Shown in pieces: positions 40,873-49,895 of a DNA stretch of 64,000 nt. Source of the DNA: Candidatus Heimdallarchaeota archaeon (lineage in GTDB: Archaea > Asgardarchaeota > Heimdallarchaeia > Hodarchaeales > Hodarchaeaceae). The notes beneath the pieces were generated by a model. The model ran no database searches. It was given only the letters and a program-made list of their open reading frames with translations, and was not told the DNA's origin. How positions within the stretch are numbered: the stretch's first letter is position 1; every line of letters starts with the position of its first letter. The translations under genes were made by a program, and so were the position numbers. The stretch covers positions 4,721,414-4,785,413 of the forward strand of contig CP070695.1 in NCBI GenBank assembly GCA_020353515.1, in the 5' to 3' direction.

Positions 40873-42377
40873 TAACGTCCACCTCCAGCACAGGCACAGG
40901 CACATCCTGCACAAGCACAGGCACAACCTCCACCGCCTCGTGAACGTCCACTGCTTCCTCGAGGAATGGGATGGCTGATCTTTGTCACACGACTCGTGAA
41001 AGATCTACCACGAGGTACCCAATGCCAATGGTGATAACCATAGTGATAATACCAAGGATAGTAACCATAGTACTCGTCGTAATACTCCTGTTCTGTGATT
41101 TGCACTTCCAAATCGGGTAAAAACTCCTCATTGAGAATAGCCCAATGCCAAGCTTCTGCAGGTACATTTCGAGGATCTGATTCTGACTTGATTGTAGCTA
41201 TCGAGTCTTGGATTAATCTCTCATAATATTTTACAGTTTTTTCATAATTATATCCCCGAATCCGTCGTTGGGTAAATTTAACCAAGCTGCTTACAGCTTT
41301 CACTAGATCACTCTCATCAATACTAAGATCAGGACGTATTGATTCTAACACTTGCCGTTCATACGTTCGAAGACGCTTCTTTGATCCTTTTACAGGTTTT
41401 AAGGCGGGATTTTCAGCTGAAAGCTGTTGCAATAGCCCTTTTTGAATTAATGTGAGAATAATCATCGAAATTGTGACATTTGCAGGTTTCTCAAGGACAA
41501 TGGATACAACCTCCCTACGGAGATCGGTTCTTGGGCCAGCAGTGGGAACAGAGACAAATGGCGGGACGTAATCCATCAAGCGACGTCGTTTCCTTGTATA
41601 AGAAACAATTGCAATCACAATGACAATTAATATAACTCCAATAACCCCCATAATGATCAACATTTCTTCTTCGGTTAGGGGGATACTTGTATGCCAAGTT
41701 ACCCCCTCTTTGGGAAAAGAAACACCATATTTATATTGTTTTGAGGGTGAAGCTTTTGGTTCGTTCCATTCGAATACTTTTCGCCCATTATGTAAAAAAT
41801 ACTGTTGATCTGGTTCTATACGGTGCCACTTGGTATATGCATTTTCGTCAACTGTTGTGGGAAAAATAATTCGAGTGGTTAGGTTAGTGGTACCTGTAGT
41901 ATAAGCAGAACCCCACCAAGTGTTTCCAAACTCCGTAGAAGCCATGTGCTCTTCCTCAGTATCTTCAAATATCATATAAGGCTGATTTCCCCACACATGT
42001 AAAGTTCCTGTGTCCCTGATGGTATATCTACCCAAATGAATCTCCACACCAATGTCTATCGCCTCAGAAACACGAATATCAGAGATTGAATGACCATCCA
42101 TATCTGCCGAGACACTACCAAGTTTGTAATGCTTGTTAGGAAATCCAATATCAACAATATCGATAGGATCGCCACCAGTCTCAACCACGAACGTAATCCA
42201 ATATTCAATATCGGCTGATCCATCTACATTGATATTTATTTCTACAATTTCCTCTGGAACAGAAAAATAATAATCAGTAATTGCTTCAGAATTCCCTTTT
42301 ACTCCACTTAATGGAAAGAACGATAGTAAGAGAATAATAAAAATAATGTGATAATGAGATAAGTTTCTATTCTTCAT
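40872..42377 (-). CDS. DUF2207-like membrane protein with C-terminal CACACAGCACACAGGGR motif (candidate rSAM substrate)
   Basis: Signal peptide, beta-rich ectodomain (ININVDGSADIEYWITF), single TM, cytoplasmic domain, Tyr/His/Trp-rich patch, Gly/Ser linker, six-Cys tail. Confidence 0.85.
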   Translation of the reverse strand: MKNRNLSHYHIIFIILLLSFFPLSGVKGNSEAITDYYFSVPEEIVEININVDGSADIEYWITFVVETGGDPIDIVDIGFPNKHYKLGSVSADMDGHSISDIRVSEAIDIGVEIHLGRYTIRDTGTLHVWGNQPYMIFEDTEEEHMASTEFGNTWWGSAYTTGTTNLTTRIIFPTTVDENAYTKWHRIEPDQQYFLHNGRKVFEWNEPKASPSKQYKYGVSFPKEGVTWHTSIPLTEEEMLIIMGVIGVILIVIVIAIVSYTRKRRRLMDYVPPFVSVPTAGPRTDLRREVVSIVLEKPANVTISMIILTLIQKGLLQQLSAENPALKPVKGSKKRLRTYERQVLESIRPDLSIDESDLVKAVSSLVKFTQRRIRGYNYEKTVKYYERLIQDSIATIKSESDPRNVPAEAWHWAILNEEFLPDLEVQITEQEYYDEYYGYYPWYYHYGYHHWHWVPRGRSFTSRVTKISHPIPRGSSGRSRGGGGCACACAGCACACAGGGR

Positions 42378-42486
42378 TAGGCCAACCTCAGTTATTGTTT
42401 ATCTGTGTAAAATTTTTACTGATATTATGAATGTTTTCTTCCCAGACCTTTTTCAAGCACTATTATCGAAGTCCCATGTGATAGGA

Positions 42487-43365
42487 TCATATATCAATAT
42501 TGAAGAAAGATCTTACGAATAATCCAATAATAAAACTTAGTGCTGCTATTCCCAAACTGATTCCGACAATTTCAGTAAACCTTTTTTGGAATGAAAGATC
42601 TTTTGCAACTGAAATATAGAATGTAAAGACAAAAACAATCAAGATGGCATTTATAAGAGTGATGGTCAAGCAAACAAGTGGGGATTGATTACTGAGGATT
42701 AAATAAGGTAGAATCAGAAAAATTACTGTGAAGATGTACGCAAATCCTGTGTAAATCGCTGCTTTCAATGGATTTTTAGATGATTTTTCTTCAGATTTTG
42801 TTGCGAGATATTCTGAAGCTGCCATGGATAATGAGGCGGCAATTCCTGTAATAAGGCCCGCTAGAGCAATTAATTGAGTGTTCTGAAACGCTAATGTTAA
42901 TCCTGCTAAGGCACCTGTGAGCTCGACCAGAGCATCGTTCAAACCGAGGACAACTGATCCTATATAATCTAGTAATTCCTCATCTATGAGGCTTATAAGC
43001 TGTTTTTCATGAGTTTCTTCGTCATCAATAACAGTTTGAGCCTTAGGGATGACTTTTCTGATTGTGGAATAAAAGATTTGAGCCTGTCCTTCTCCAAGTT
43101 CCATTAGCCGAATTCCAAACGTTAGACCAAATATTCTAGAAATAAGATAATAAAACCACTTTTTTAATTTACTTGGTTTCACTTCACGTTGGGTATACTG
43201 TTTCCAAAATGTATAATGCTCCAGCTCATCCTCAGCAATTTGATTGAGGATGTTTTGATTGTGAGAATCTTTTGTTGACTTTGATAGCTTTTTATAAATG
43301 TAATATTCTGTAATTTCATTTTTTTGAGCATTTAATACAAGTTTTTTCATGTTTTGATCTAACAT
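42487..43365 (-). CDS. Rubrerythrin-like + VIT1/CCC1 iron transporter family protein
   Basis: E..E...Y, IAEDELEH, DEETHE di-iron motifs; VLGLNDALVE, SMAASEYL. Confidence 0.9.
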   Translation of the reverse strand: MLDQNMKKLVLNAQKNEITEYYIYKKLSKSTKDSHNQNILNQIAEDELEHYTFWKQYTQREVKPSKLKKWFYYLISRIFGLTFGIRLMELGEGQAQIFYSTIRKVIPKAQTVIDDEETHEKQLISLIDEELLDYIGSVVLGLNDALVELTGALAGLTLAFQNTQLIALAGLITGIAASLSMAASEYLATKSEEKSSKNPLKAAIYTGFAYIFTVIFLILPYLILSNQSPLVCLTITLINAILIVFVFTFYISVAKDLSFQKRFTEIVGISLGIAALSFIIGLFVRSFFNIDI

Positions 43366-43589
43366 TCATCGTTCCAACTCTTTTAATTGCTTTTAGAATA
43401 GCTGTTTTTGATCTTAATGTTGCTGTTCATTGAAAATAGCTTAGCTGGACTTAATAACCAAATGTCATCTATTTTAAACACTGATATATTTTATAATCTC
43501 TCAATGTTATATTACTTAATTACATTTTTAAGCGAGACTTAATCCGAAAAAAGTCACCGATTTCTCCATATTAATTGATGTGATCATAT

Positions 43590-44210
43590 ATGGCTACATA
43601 TACAGATCTAGGCCAGTTTATTATGAAATTGTTTGATGAACTTATTGTAGATTCTAAAAGTCAATTAAATGAAGCCCAACAATCCTTTTGTGAGGAAATG
43701 CCTCGCAGGGTTTCTGCACGATCCAGTATAACGGTCGCCCAAGCAGAAAGATTTGTTAGAGAAATGGCTGATCGATTATTACGAATCAATCAGGATTTAT
43801 TAAATCAATATGCCATCTCAATAGCAAAAAAAGCCCGTAGTGAGAGTAAAAAGACCTCCAAATCTCTATCAAGTGATTATGAAGAACTCAAACAACAATT
43901 AACAAAAAAAGAGCAAGAAATAGAAGGCCTCCAAGCGCAATCGAAATCCTTGGAACAACGAAATAAGGTTCTAGAACAGGAGAAAGAAGAGACCCTACGT
44001 CAGTGTTCTGAAATGAATACTACTCTTATTGAACTAGAACAAAGTCTTGCAAGCGCTAATGAAGAGTTTACACGTCAAATGAATGACCTAAACGCGGAGT
44101 GGGAAGCAAAATTTCAAAAAAACCAAGAAGAATGGGATAGTTACGTCAAATTAAAACTTGCTGAACGAGAAATTACAACAACGACAGATGATACTACCGA
44201 AAGTGAATAA
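43590..44210 (+). CDS. Coiled-coil hypothetical protein
   Basis: E/Q/K-rich heptad region of about 110 aa. Confidence 0.75.
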   Translation: MATYTDLGQFIMKLFDELIVDSKSQLNEAQQSFCEEMPRRVSARSSITVAQAERFVREMADRLLRINQDLLNQYAISIAKKARSESKKTSKSLSSDYEELKQQLTKKEQEIEGLQAQSKSLEQRNKVLEQEKEETLRQCSEMNTTLIELEQSLASANEEFTRQMNDLNAEWEAKFQKNQEEWDSYVKLKLAEREITTTTDDTTESE

Positions 44211-44216
44211 GCAGAA

Positions 44217-44603
44217 TTACTTTGTTTTTGCTGAATAAACTTTGGCTATGGCTTCCATTCCCTCACAAAAAATCTTTATAAAATCTCCTTCACGTATCTG
44301 CTTAGTAGCGGTTTTTGTTCCTAAGACAGCTGGAATCTGTACAATTCCAGAAACTTCCGATCCCCGAGAAACCCTGGTTCCATGGTCAGTCACTACTCCT
44401 GCAACATCATTAACTACGTCAGACCAAGACCAATCAATCCTTGGACATACTAAAATACGAGGTATTTCATCTTGAAATGACGAAATCAGAGCACGAGCAG
44501 CTTCTGGGGTTTGTGAAATAAATGCTTTACCTTCTGTTTGTGATATTTGGTTAGCTGCCCAACCTTTTAAAATCAATCTTTCTTTTAAGTCACTCTTTGA
44601 CAC
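44217..44603 (-). CDS. Stand-alone PEP-utilising swivel (phosphohistidine) domain lacking the catalytic His
   Basis: ILVC..ID..W, AGVVTDHGTRVSR, IPAVLGT..AT..IREGD. Confidence 0.75.
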   Translation of the reverse strand: MSKSDLKERLILKGWAANQISQTEGKAFISQTPEAARALISSFQDEIPRILVCPRIDWSWSDVVNDVAGVVTDHGTRVSRGSEVSGIVQIPAVLGTKTATKQIREGDFIKIFCEGMEAIAKVYSAKTK

Positions 44604-44737
44604 AATTCACACCAAGAATCTTACTTTAGGGCAATTAAGTGAATTGAGTTATACTTTTTGAATTCATGAAATTATTTCGTCTTCAACAAAAAATTTTAGA
44701 ATATCTACAAGTAACCATAAATATAGGATGAACCTTT

Positions 44738-45466
44738 ATGGCTCAAAAGAATTTTCCTAAGTCTCGAGGATTCACCGTATTTTTAATCATGAGTTTCTTT
44801 CTGGCTTCCTTTCCAGGTACTATTCATCCTTGTCAAACAATTGACGTTACTCCTAATACACGAATAGAAATACACGATGTAGTTCTTGTAAATTATACAT
44901 TATGGATTGAGGAGAATATTGTAGATGATCAGCAAGGACCGATTTATGTAGAAGATCCAGATGTGATAGAAAAAGTTGGTGTGCCTGAAAGTATAATTGA
45001 AGAATTCCCTAATGTGTTTGCACCACCTAATTTGGGCTTTGTTGAGGGAATTCTAGGAATGAGGGCAGGAGAGGAAACAAATCATAGAATAAACTGGATT
45101 ACTGGAAAGGCTTTTAATGATCCCAATGATACCTATTATGGTGAAAATCTCTTCTATCAGATCCGCATTAAAAAAATCTTACTTGACGCAAGCCAACCCA
45201 CTCCAACATTAATGGATATCCCTTTTTTTGTTCCCCTCGTTGTTTTACTAGGATTGCTTATTATCTTTCTTATAATCCTTCGAATCCAGCGCTATAGCCG
45301 CACCCATAACCTCTTTGGTCTAAAAAAGAAGTGTTATTATTGTGGAAAAATAGCTAATGTGATGTGTGGGAATCCTGGATGCACTACTCCTTATTGTAAA
45401 CCGTGTTTTCTTGAAAATAATGGATGTGATTTGTGTCACTCAAATACTATGATTCCCTTAAAGTGA
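44738..45466 (+). CDS. FKBP-like ectodomain + TM + cytoplasmic Cys8 zinc finger
   Basis: Signal peptide; DVVLVNYTL, GFVEGILGMRAGE, GENLFYQIRI (FKBP-like); TM; CYYC..C.NPGC..PYCKPC...GCDLC. Confidence 0.7.
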   Translation: MAQKNFPKSRGFTVFLIMSFFLASFPGTIHPCQTIDVTPNTRIEIHDVVLVNYTLWIEENIVDDQQGPIYVEDPDVIEKVGVPESIIEEFPNVFAPPNLGFVEGILGMRAGEETNHRINWITGKAFNDPNDTYYGENLFYQIRIKKILLDASQPTPTLMDIPFFVPLVVLLGLLIIFLIILRIQRYSRTHNLFGLKKKCYYCGKIANVMCGNPGCTTPYCKPCFLENNGCDLCHSNTMIPLK

Positions 45467-46168
45467 AAGGAATATTTCCAGTAATGCAATGATTATTGTC
45501 GCAAGCGGGGGATTAAATAGATTATCAGCAAGATACCAAGGTAAATCCTCAAAAAAGTCAAGTAATCCCCATACAATTGTAGGAATGAGTGGTAAAACGA
45601 GGATAATCCATGTCTGGTAAGACGAGGATAAATTCATCCATACAAAGAGGAGAAAACAAAATCCAATCACATAATTAGTCAGTAATCCAGCAATAAATCC
45701 TTCGACCGTCTTCTCTTTCGTAAGAGGGAGTCTAACACGACCTATTCCTTTCCCAACTAATGCTGCAGCAGAATCACCCATAACTGTGGCGATTAATACA
45801 AGCTCTACTACTTCCATTTCATAAAAAAAGTTCACCCCAAGTAACAAAACTAACCAAACTGCAGCTGTGAAAATATAATTTGCAGGTCGTTCTTTCTCAG
45901 TTGCACGCGTAAAATGATTGATCCAAGTGTTTGGATTGAATTTTATCCTATATACTTCCAATGGGACAAAAAAACACAAAAAACCAAGAAGAGATATCTG
46001 TATTATAAAAAGAGATATTTCTGGTGAAAAATTCATAGCAGGCATTATCAAGTGATAGGCTAAAGGAATGGCCCAAACTGATAAATGAATTGATTTACGA
46101 CCTAATTCATTTAAGAACTTGAATTCTTCAGTACTCTGGTTTAGTGTTTCATCCATAAATAACGCCAT
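45458..46168 (-). CDS. CTP-dependent dolichol/phytol/diacylglycerol kinase family membrane protein
   Basis: ELGRKSIH, GDSAAALVGK..G, KTVEGF, DNL. Confidence 0.85.
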   Translation of the reverse strand: MALFMDETLNQSTEEFKFLNELGRKSIHLSVWAIPLAYHLIMPAMNFSPEISLFIIQISLLGFLCFFVPLEVYRIKFNPNTWINHFTRATEKERPANYIFTAAVWLVLLLGVNFFYEMEVVELVLIATVMGDSAAALVGKGIGRVRLPLTKEKTVEGFIAGLLTNYVIGFCFLLFVWMNLSSSYQTWIILVLPLIPTIVWGLLDFFEDLPWYLADNLFNPPLATIIIALLEIFLSL

Positions 46169-46175
46169 ATGAAAG

Positions 46176-47555
46176 TTACTCTAGGACTGGTGGCCGACCA
46201 CGAAAAAACTGGAACTTATGATAATCCATTGGGTTGATTTCTTTTAATAGATATTGAAATAATTTTTCTGCTTTCTCACTTGCTTCACAGACGAAAATAT
46301 CAAGTGAAAGGTAATCCCATTCTGGCCATGTATGCAAATGGCAGTGACTCTCCACTAATATAGCAATTATTGACAAACCATGTGGAGAATACTCCTTGAC
46401 GAAGATCTCTTCCATGTGAAGCTGGCTTTTTTCAATACCTTGTTTAAGTACGTTAGTTAATGGTTCTGGTTCTTTCAGAAAGGTTGAATTTACTCCATAA
46501 AATTCAGCAATAATCTGATAACCTATAGTGGGCAGATCTTTTGTTTTCTTTTCATCAAAAGTATAGATAGCCGTCTTAGGATGTTTTGTTTCATATAGTC
46601 GTAATTTTTGAGGAACAGAACTTATAACATACAAATTAGAAGTGTTCCCTAAAATCGATGCTCCGTGGTAACGATTAAAACCATGAATAAACTCTTCAAT
46701 AGAAAAACCTGCCTCCAATAGATGTTGTTGGCATACCCAGGTATCATGAGGGGATTTAACTCCGAATGAAATATATCCACTCCCTCCTTTTATTGGATCT
46801 AGAAGATTTAGAGCCTGATTCACGAATAATTTGAATCCTGCAACGGTATATGGTGGATCCGTCTCAAATGTATCAAAACGGTGCCTCCATCTTTTAGGAA
46901 AAGTGTTTCTAATATCCCATAAATGTGTATTCAATACATTAGTGAGATTCTTTTCCCGAGCGAATGAATTTATAAACTCAAGAACACGAGAATCAATGTC
47001 TATAACAAATATATCTTTTGCACATTTAAGAAAGGCTAATGCTAACGAAACACCGTCATCGTCTCCTAAAATAGCAATTCTTTTTCCCTCTACATCTCCA
47101 TTTTTTAACATTAAAAGAGCTCTTTTTATCACACTTTCAGAAGTGCTACGAGACTGATCATACTTATATTCAGGATGAGGTCGAAGATTAAGATAATCTA
47201 TTACAGGCTTAAAGAAATCTATGTACCTCTTTGAGATCGAAAAGGTTGAATCAGAGATGAAATCTTGGAAAAATTCAGAAGAATATTTCAATCCTAGCTT
47301 TTTGTGAATCCACTCAATGGCAGCAGGTGATAAAATACTTTTAGTTTTTAAGAATCCGACCCCTAAAAGCTCCCCTCTAACAGCAGAAAGAACTGGAACT
47401 GGAATCCGGACATTTCGAGAAAGCTCCTTATTGGTCATTTTTTGATTTTGATATCTGTATATCTCTACAACAATTCGTTCAACTCCCTTTTCACCCTCTT
47501 TTAAATGGCTTTTCTCTGCAATAGTCCTAAAAAAGCTTTGAGGATCACCAAACAT
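46176..47555 (-). CDS. bpsA: Branched-chain polyamine synthase BpsA fused to S-adenosylmethionine decarboxylase (SpeD-type) domain
   Basis: RP.P...YDQ, ILGDDDGVS, DIDSR, FETDPPYT; C-terminal PHGLS..ILVESHCHLHTWPE..YLSLDIFVC. Confidence 0.85.
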   Translation of the reverse strand: MFGDPQSFFRTIAEKSHLKEGEKGVERIVVEIYRYQNQKMTNKELSRNVRIPVPVLSAVRGELLGVGFLKTKSILSPAAIEWIHKKLGLKYSSEFFQDFISDSTFSISKRYIDFFKPVIDYLNLRPHPEYKYDQSRSTSESVIKRALLMLKNGDVEGKRIAILGDDDGVSLALAFLKCAKDIFVIDIDSRVLEFINSFAREKNLTNVLNTHLWDIRNTFPKRWRHRFDTFETDPPYTVAGFKLFVNQALNLLDPIKGGSGYISFGVKSPHDTWVCQQHLLEAGFSIEEFIHGFNRYHGASILGNTSNLYVISSVPQKLRLYETKHPKTAIYTFDEKKTKDLPTIGYQIIAEFYGVNSTFLKEPEPLTNVLKQGIEKSQLHMEEIFVKEYSPHGLSIIAILVESHCHLHTWPEWDYLSLDIFVCEASEKAEKLFQYLLKEINPMDYHKFQFFRGRPPVLE

Positions 47556-47585
47556 ATTTAAAACCTAACAAAATTGAATGGTTTT

Positions 47586-48536
47586 TCAAGACATTGTTAA
47601 TGCACCCACTAAGAAAGATAAAACTCCAGACCACAGCGCTGTTCTAGTATAAGTACGTCCTTTTTTACCAGTAGCAACAGATTGATCACGTAATAGGATT
47701 AAAACGCTGTAAAAGAGCAATACAATGGCGATAAACATGAATATAGCGTAAAAAATATTATTTTGGAATGTTATGAATAATGGTAGTGGAGCAAGGATTA
47801 TCACTATCACGAAGAAAGCTGAAGCTAATTGTACAGCTCGTTTCGGGCCATATTTCACTGCAAAAGTGTGAGAGTCTGCAGCACGATCTCCTTCTATATC
47901 CATGATCCCTTTAATCAATTCACGGCCAACAATTCCGAAGAAAGTGATAAGGGCCATTATTAAAACTGTGATAGCGGTGTAAAAATCAGTTCCTCCTTCT
48001 TTTCCAGCCATAGCAATCAAAGCTAATATAAATGGAGCCATATCACAAGCAGCAACAGTCATATTACCTAATAATCCTCTTTCTTTTGTCCAAATGTTAT
48101 ATGAAATCGATAAAAGGCTGAATATCGTCACTCCAAAGACTACTAATAGATTATCCATGAAGAGAAGAAAGGAAAGAAGTATACCAGATAAAATCATTAA
48201 CAAAGACAATACTAAAACGTACTCTGGTTTTAAATCTGGATTACGAACTAATGGACGATCTGTCCTGTTGTTTATTCGATCTGCTTCGTAATCATGATAA
48301 TCATTGATAGCCATTGATGCTCCAACTATTAAGAAAGGGATCGCAAGCCCAAGGATTGCGAGTTCCCAGTATTGGGGGAGAAGCTCGAAAACAATTACAA
48401 GTGTATTTTTTGATGGATCTGGATGATGAACTAAAACAACAATCATTCCAGCGGTTAATCCTGCTACCGCTCCCATAATCCCAAGTGGTAATCGTGTTAA
48501 ATCATATATGTCATGAAGAATTCTTATTATCGACAA
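47586..48536 (-). CDS. UbiA-family prenyltransferase, probably digeranylgeranylglyceryl-phosphate synthase
   Basis: AINDYHDYEADRINNRTDRPL, GLLGN..VA, RELIKGIMDIEGD. Confidence 0.88.
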   Translation of the reverse strand: MSIIRILHDIYDLTRLPLGIMGAVAGLTAGMIVVLVHHPDPSKNTLVIVFELLPQYWELAILGLAIPFLIVGASMAINDYHDYEADRINNRTDRPLVRNPDLKPEYVLVLSLLMILSGILLSFLLFMDNLLVVFGVTIFSLLSISYNIWTKERGLLGNMTVAACDMAPFILALIAMAGKEGGTDFYTAITVLIMALITFFGIVGRELIKGIMDIEGDRAADSHTFAVKYGPKRAVQLASAFFVIVIILAPLPLFITFQNNIFYAIFMFIAIVLLFYSVLILLRDQSVATGKKGRTYTRTALWSGVLSFLVGALTMS

Positions 48537-48565
48537 ATAATCTCCTCATAATCACACAGGTAAGT

Positions 48566-49651
48566 CTACCTATCAATATCCCCACGAATGAACGCTTCCA
48601 CCCTATCCCGTGCTTTAAAATCTGGAACCTGTTCTGGAGGGTGTTTAAACGCGTAACTCGACATTGAAATCAATGGGCCTGCTATATTTCGGTCTTTAGC
48701 TGTTTTAAGGGCACGTATAACATCAATCATGACACCTGCGGAGTTCGGACTATCAATTACACTTAACTTGACTTCAATCGACAATGGTTGATCTCCGAAT
48801 TTTCTTCCTTCAAGTAACAAGTAACAAATTTTTCGATCCTCTAAAAAGGGGACATAATCAGATGGACCAATTCTTGTAGGAACATCGTGGGTTAATATGC
48901 TAGTTATAGCCTCAGTCTTACTAATTCGTTTAGTTTTTAATCTTGATTCAAATTTCATGTTTTCAAAGTCTGTATTACCTCCCACATTGAGCTGAAATGT
49001 TTTTTCGACTTCAATTCCACGATCTAGCATCAGTTGCGCCAATACACGATGTAGAATTGTAGCTCCCACTTGAGACTTAATATCATCACCCGCACATGGG
49101 ATTCCTTTTTCTTCAAACCTATTTGGCCATCTTTTAGTAGGATCTGAGACAATAAACGTGGGTATTCCATTAGCCAGTGCAACACCCGCTTCTAAACAAG
49201 CCTCAGCATAAATTTTAGTTGCATTTTCACTTCCTACAGGAAGAAAATTAACTAATACATCTGTTTTCGTATCTTGGAGTACCTCAGCAACATTAACAGG
49301 TTCTACTTGGTCTTTGTCATAACAATGAAAAGGCTTAATCATATGACTAGGAACGCCATCGGAGATAGGACCTGGATATACGATACCCTCGGTTTCAGGA
49401 ACCTCAGAAAATTTAGGGGTGCAATTAGGGTGAACCCATATTGCTTCGTTAATTTTTTTCCCAATTTTATCTTTATTAACTTCAAATGCAGCAACGAACT
49501 CTAAATCATGTACATGATAGTCGCCAAATTTCACATGCATCAATCCAGGAACAGTTGAGTCCTCTTTTTCATTACGATAATAATGAACACCTTGAACTAA
49601 AGCTGACGCACAGTTTCCTAAACCTGCAATCGCGACTCGAATCTTATTCAT
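48566..49651 (-). CDS. ino1: myo-Inositol-1-phosphate synthase
   Basis: GLGNCASALVQG, NFLPVGS, GDDIKSQVGAT, QLNVGGNTDF, DSPNSAG. Confidence 0.96.
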   Translation of the reverse strand: MNKIRVAIAGLGNCASALVQGVHYYRNEKEDSTVPGLMHVKFGDYHVHDLEFVAAFEVNKDKIGKKINEAIWVHPNCTPKFSEVPETEGIVYPGPISDGVPSHMIKPFHCYDKDQVEPVNVAEVLQDTKTDVLVNFLPVGSENATKIYAEACLEAGVALANGIPTFIVSDPTKRWPNRFEEKGIPCAGDDIKSQVGATILHRVLAQLMLDRGIEVEKTFQLNVGGNTDFENMKFESRLKTKRISKTEAITSILTHDVPTRIGPSDYVPFLEDRKICYLLLEGRKFGDQPLSIEVKLSVIDSPNSAGVMIDVIRALKTAKDRNIAGPLISMSSYAFKHPPEQVPDFKARDRVEAFIRGDIDR

Positions 49652-49895
49652 GGGATCAATCTTCCTTAGAAACTGAGAAATTAATATTGTAGCAAATATA
49701 AAACAATCCCACCCTCTATTATTAGAAATAAATTACTTTTTGGTTTATCAAAATTACAAGAGATCAGTTTTAAAACTACGCTACTTACTTTCTGTCAAGG
49801 ATTTGAACACATAATCCAGTAAAAATACCTGAAAGGTCAAGTTCTCACATAAATAACTTACCTTTGTCTTATATTTTTGATAAATGGTACGAAAT

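Noticed and set aside
40873-40926. Cys-rich N-terminal extension MCLCLCRMCLCLCWRW on the radical SAM ORF
   Set aside because: It is the alternate-frame reading of the TGT-GCC (Cys-Ala) repeat of the upstream gene; the ATG at 40872 overlapping the upstream TAA is the more plausible start
40742-40978. Plus-strand ORF with HRHRH repeats as a possible precursor peptide
   Set aside because: Antisense shadow of the Cys-Ala repeat; it fully overlaps two real genes
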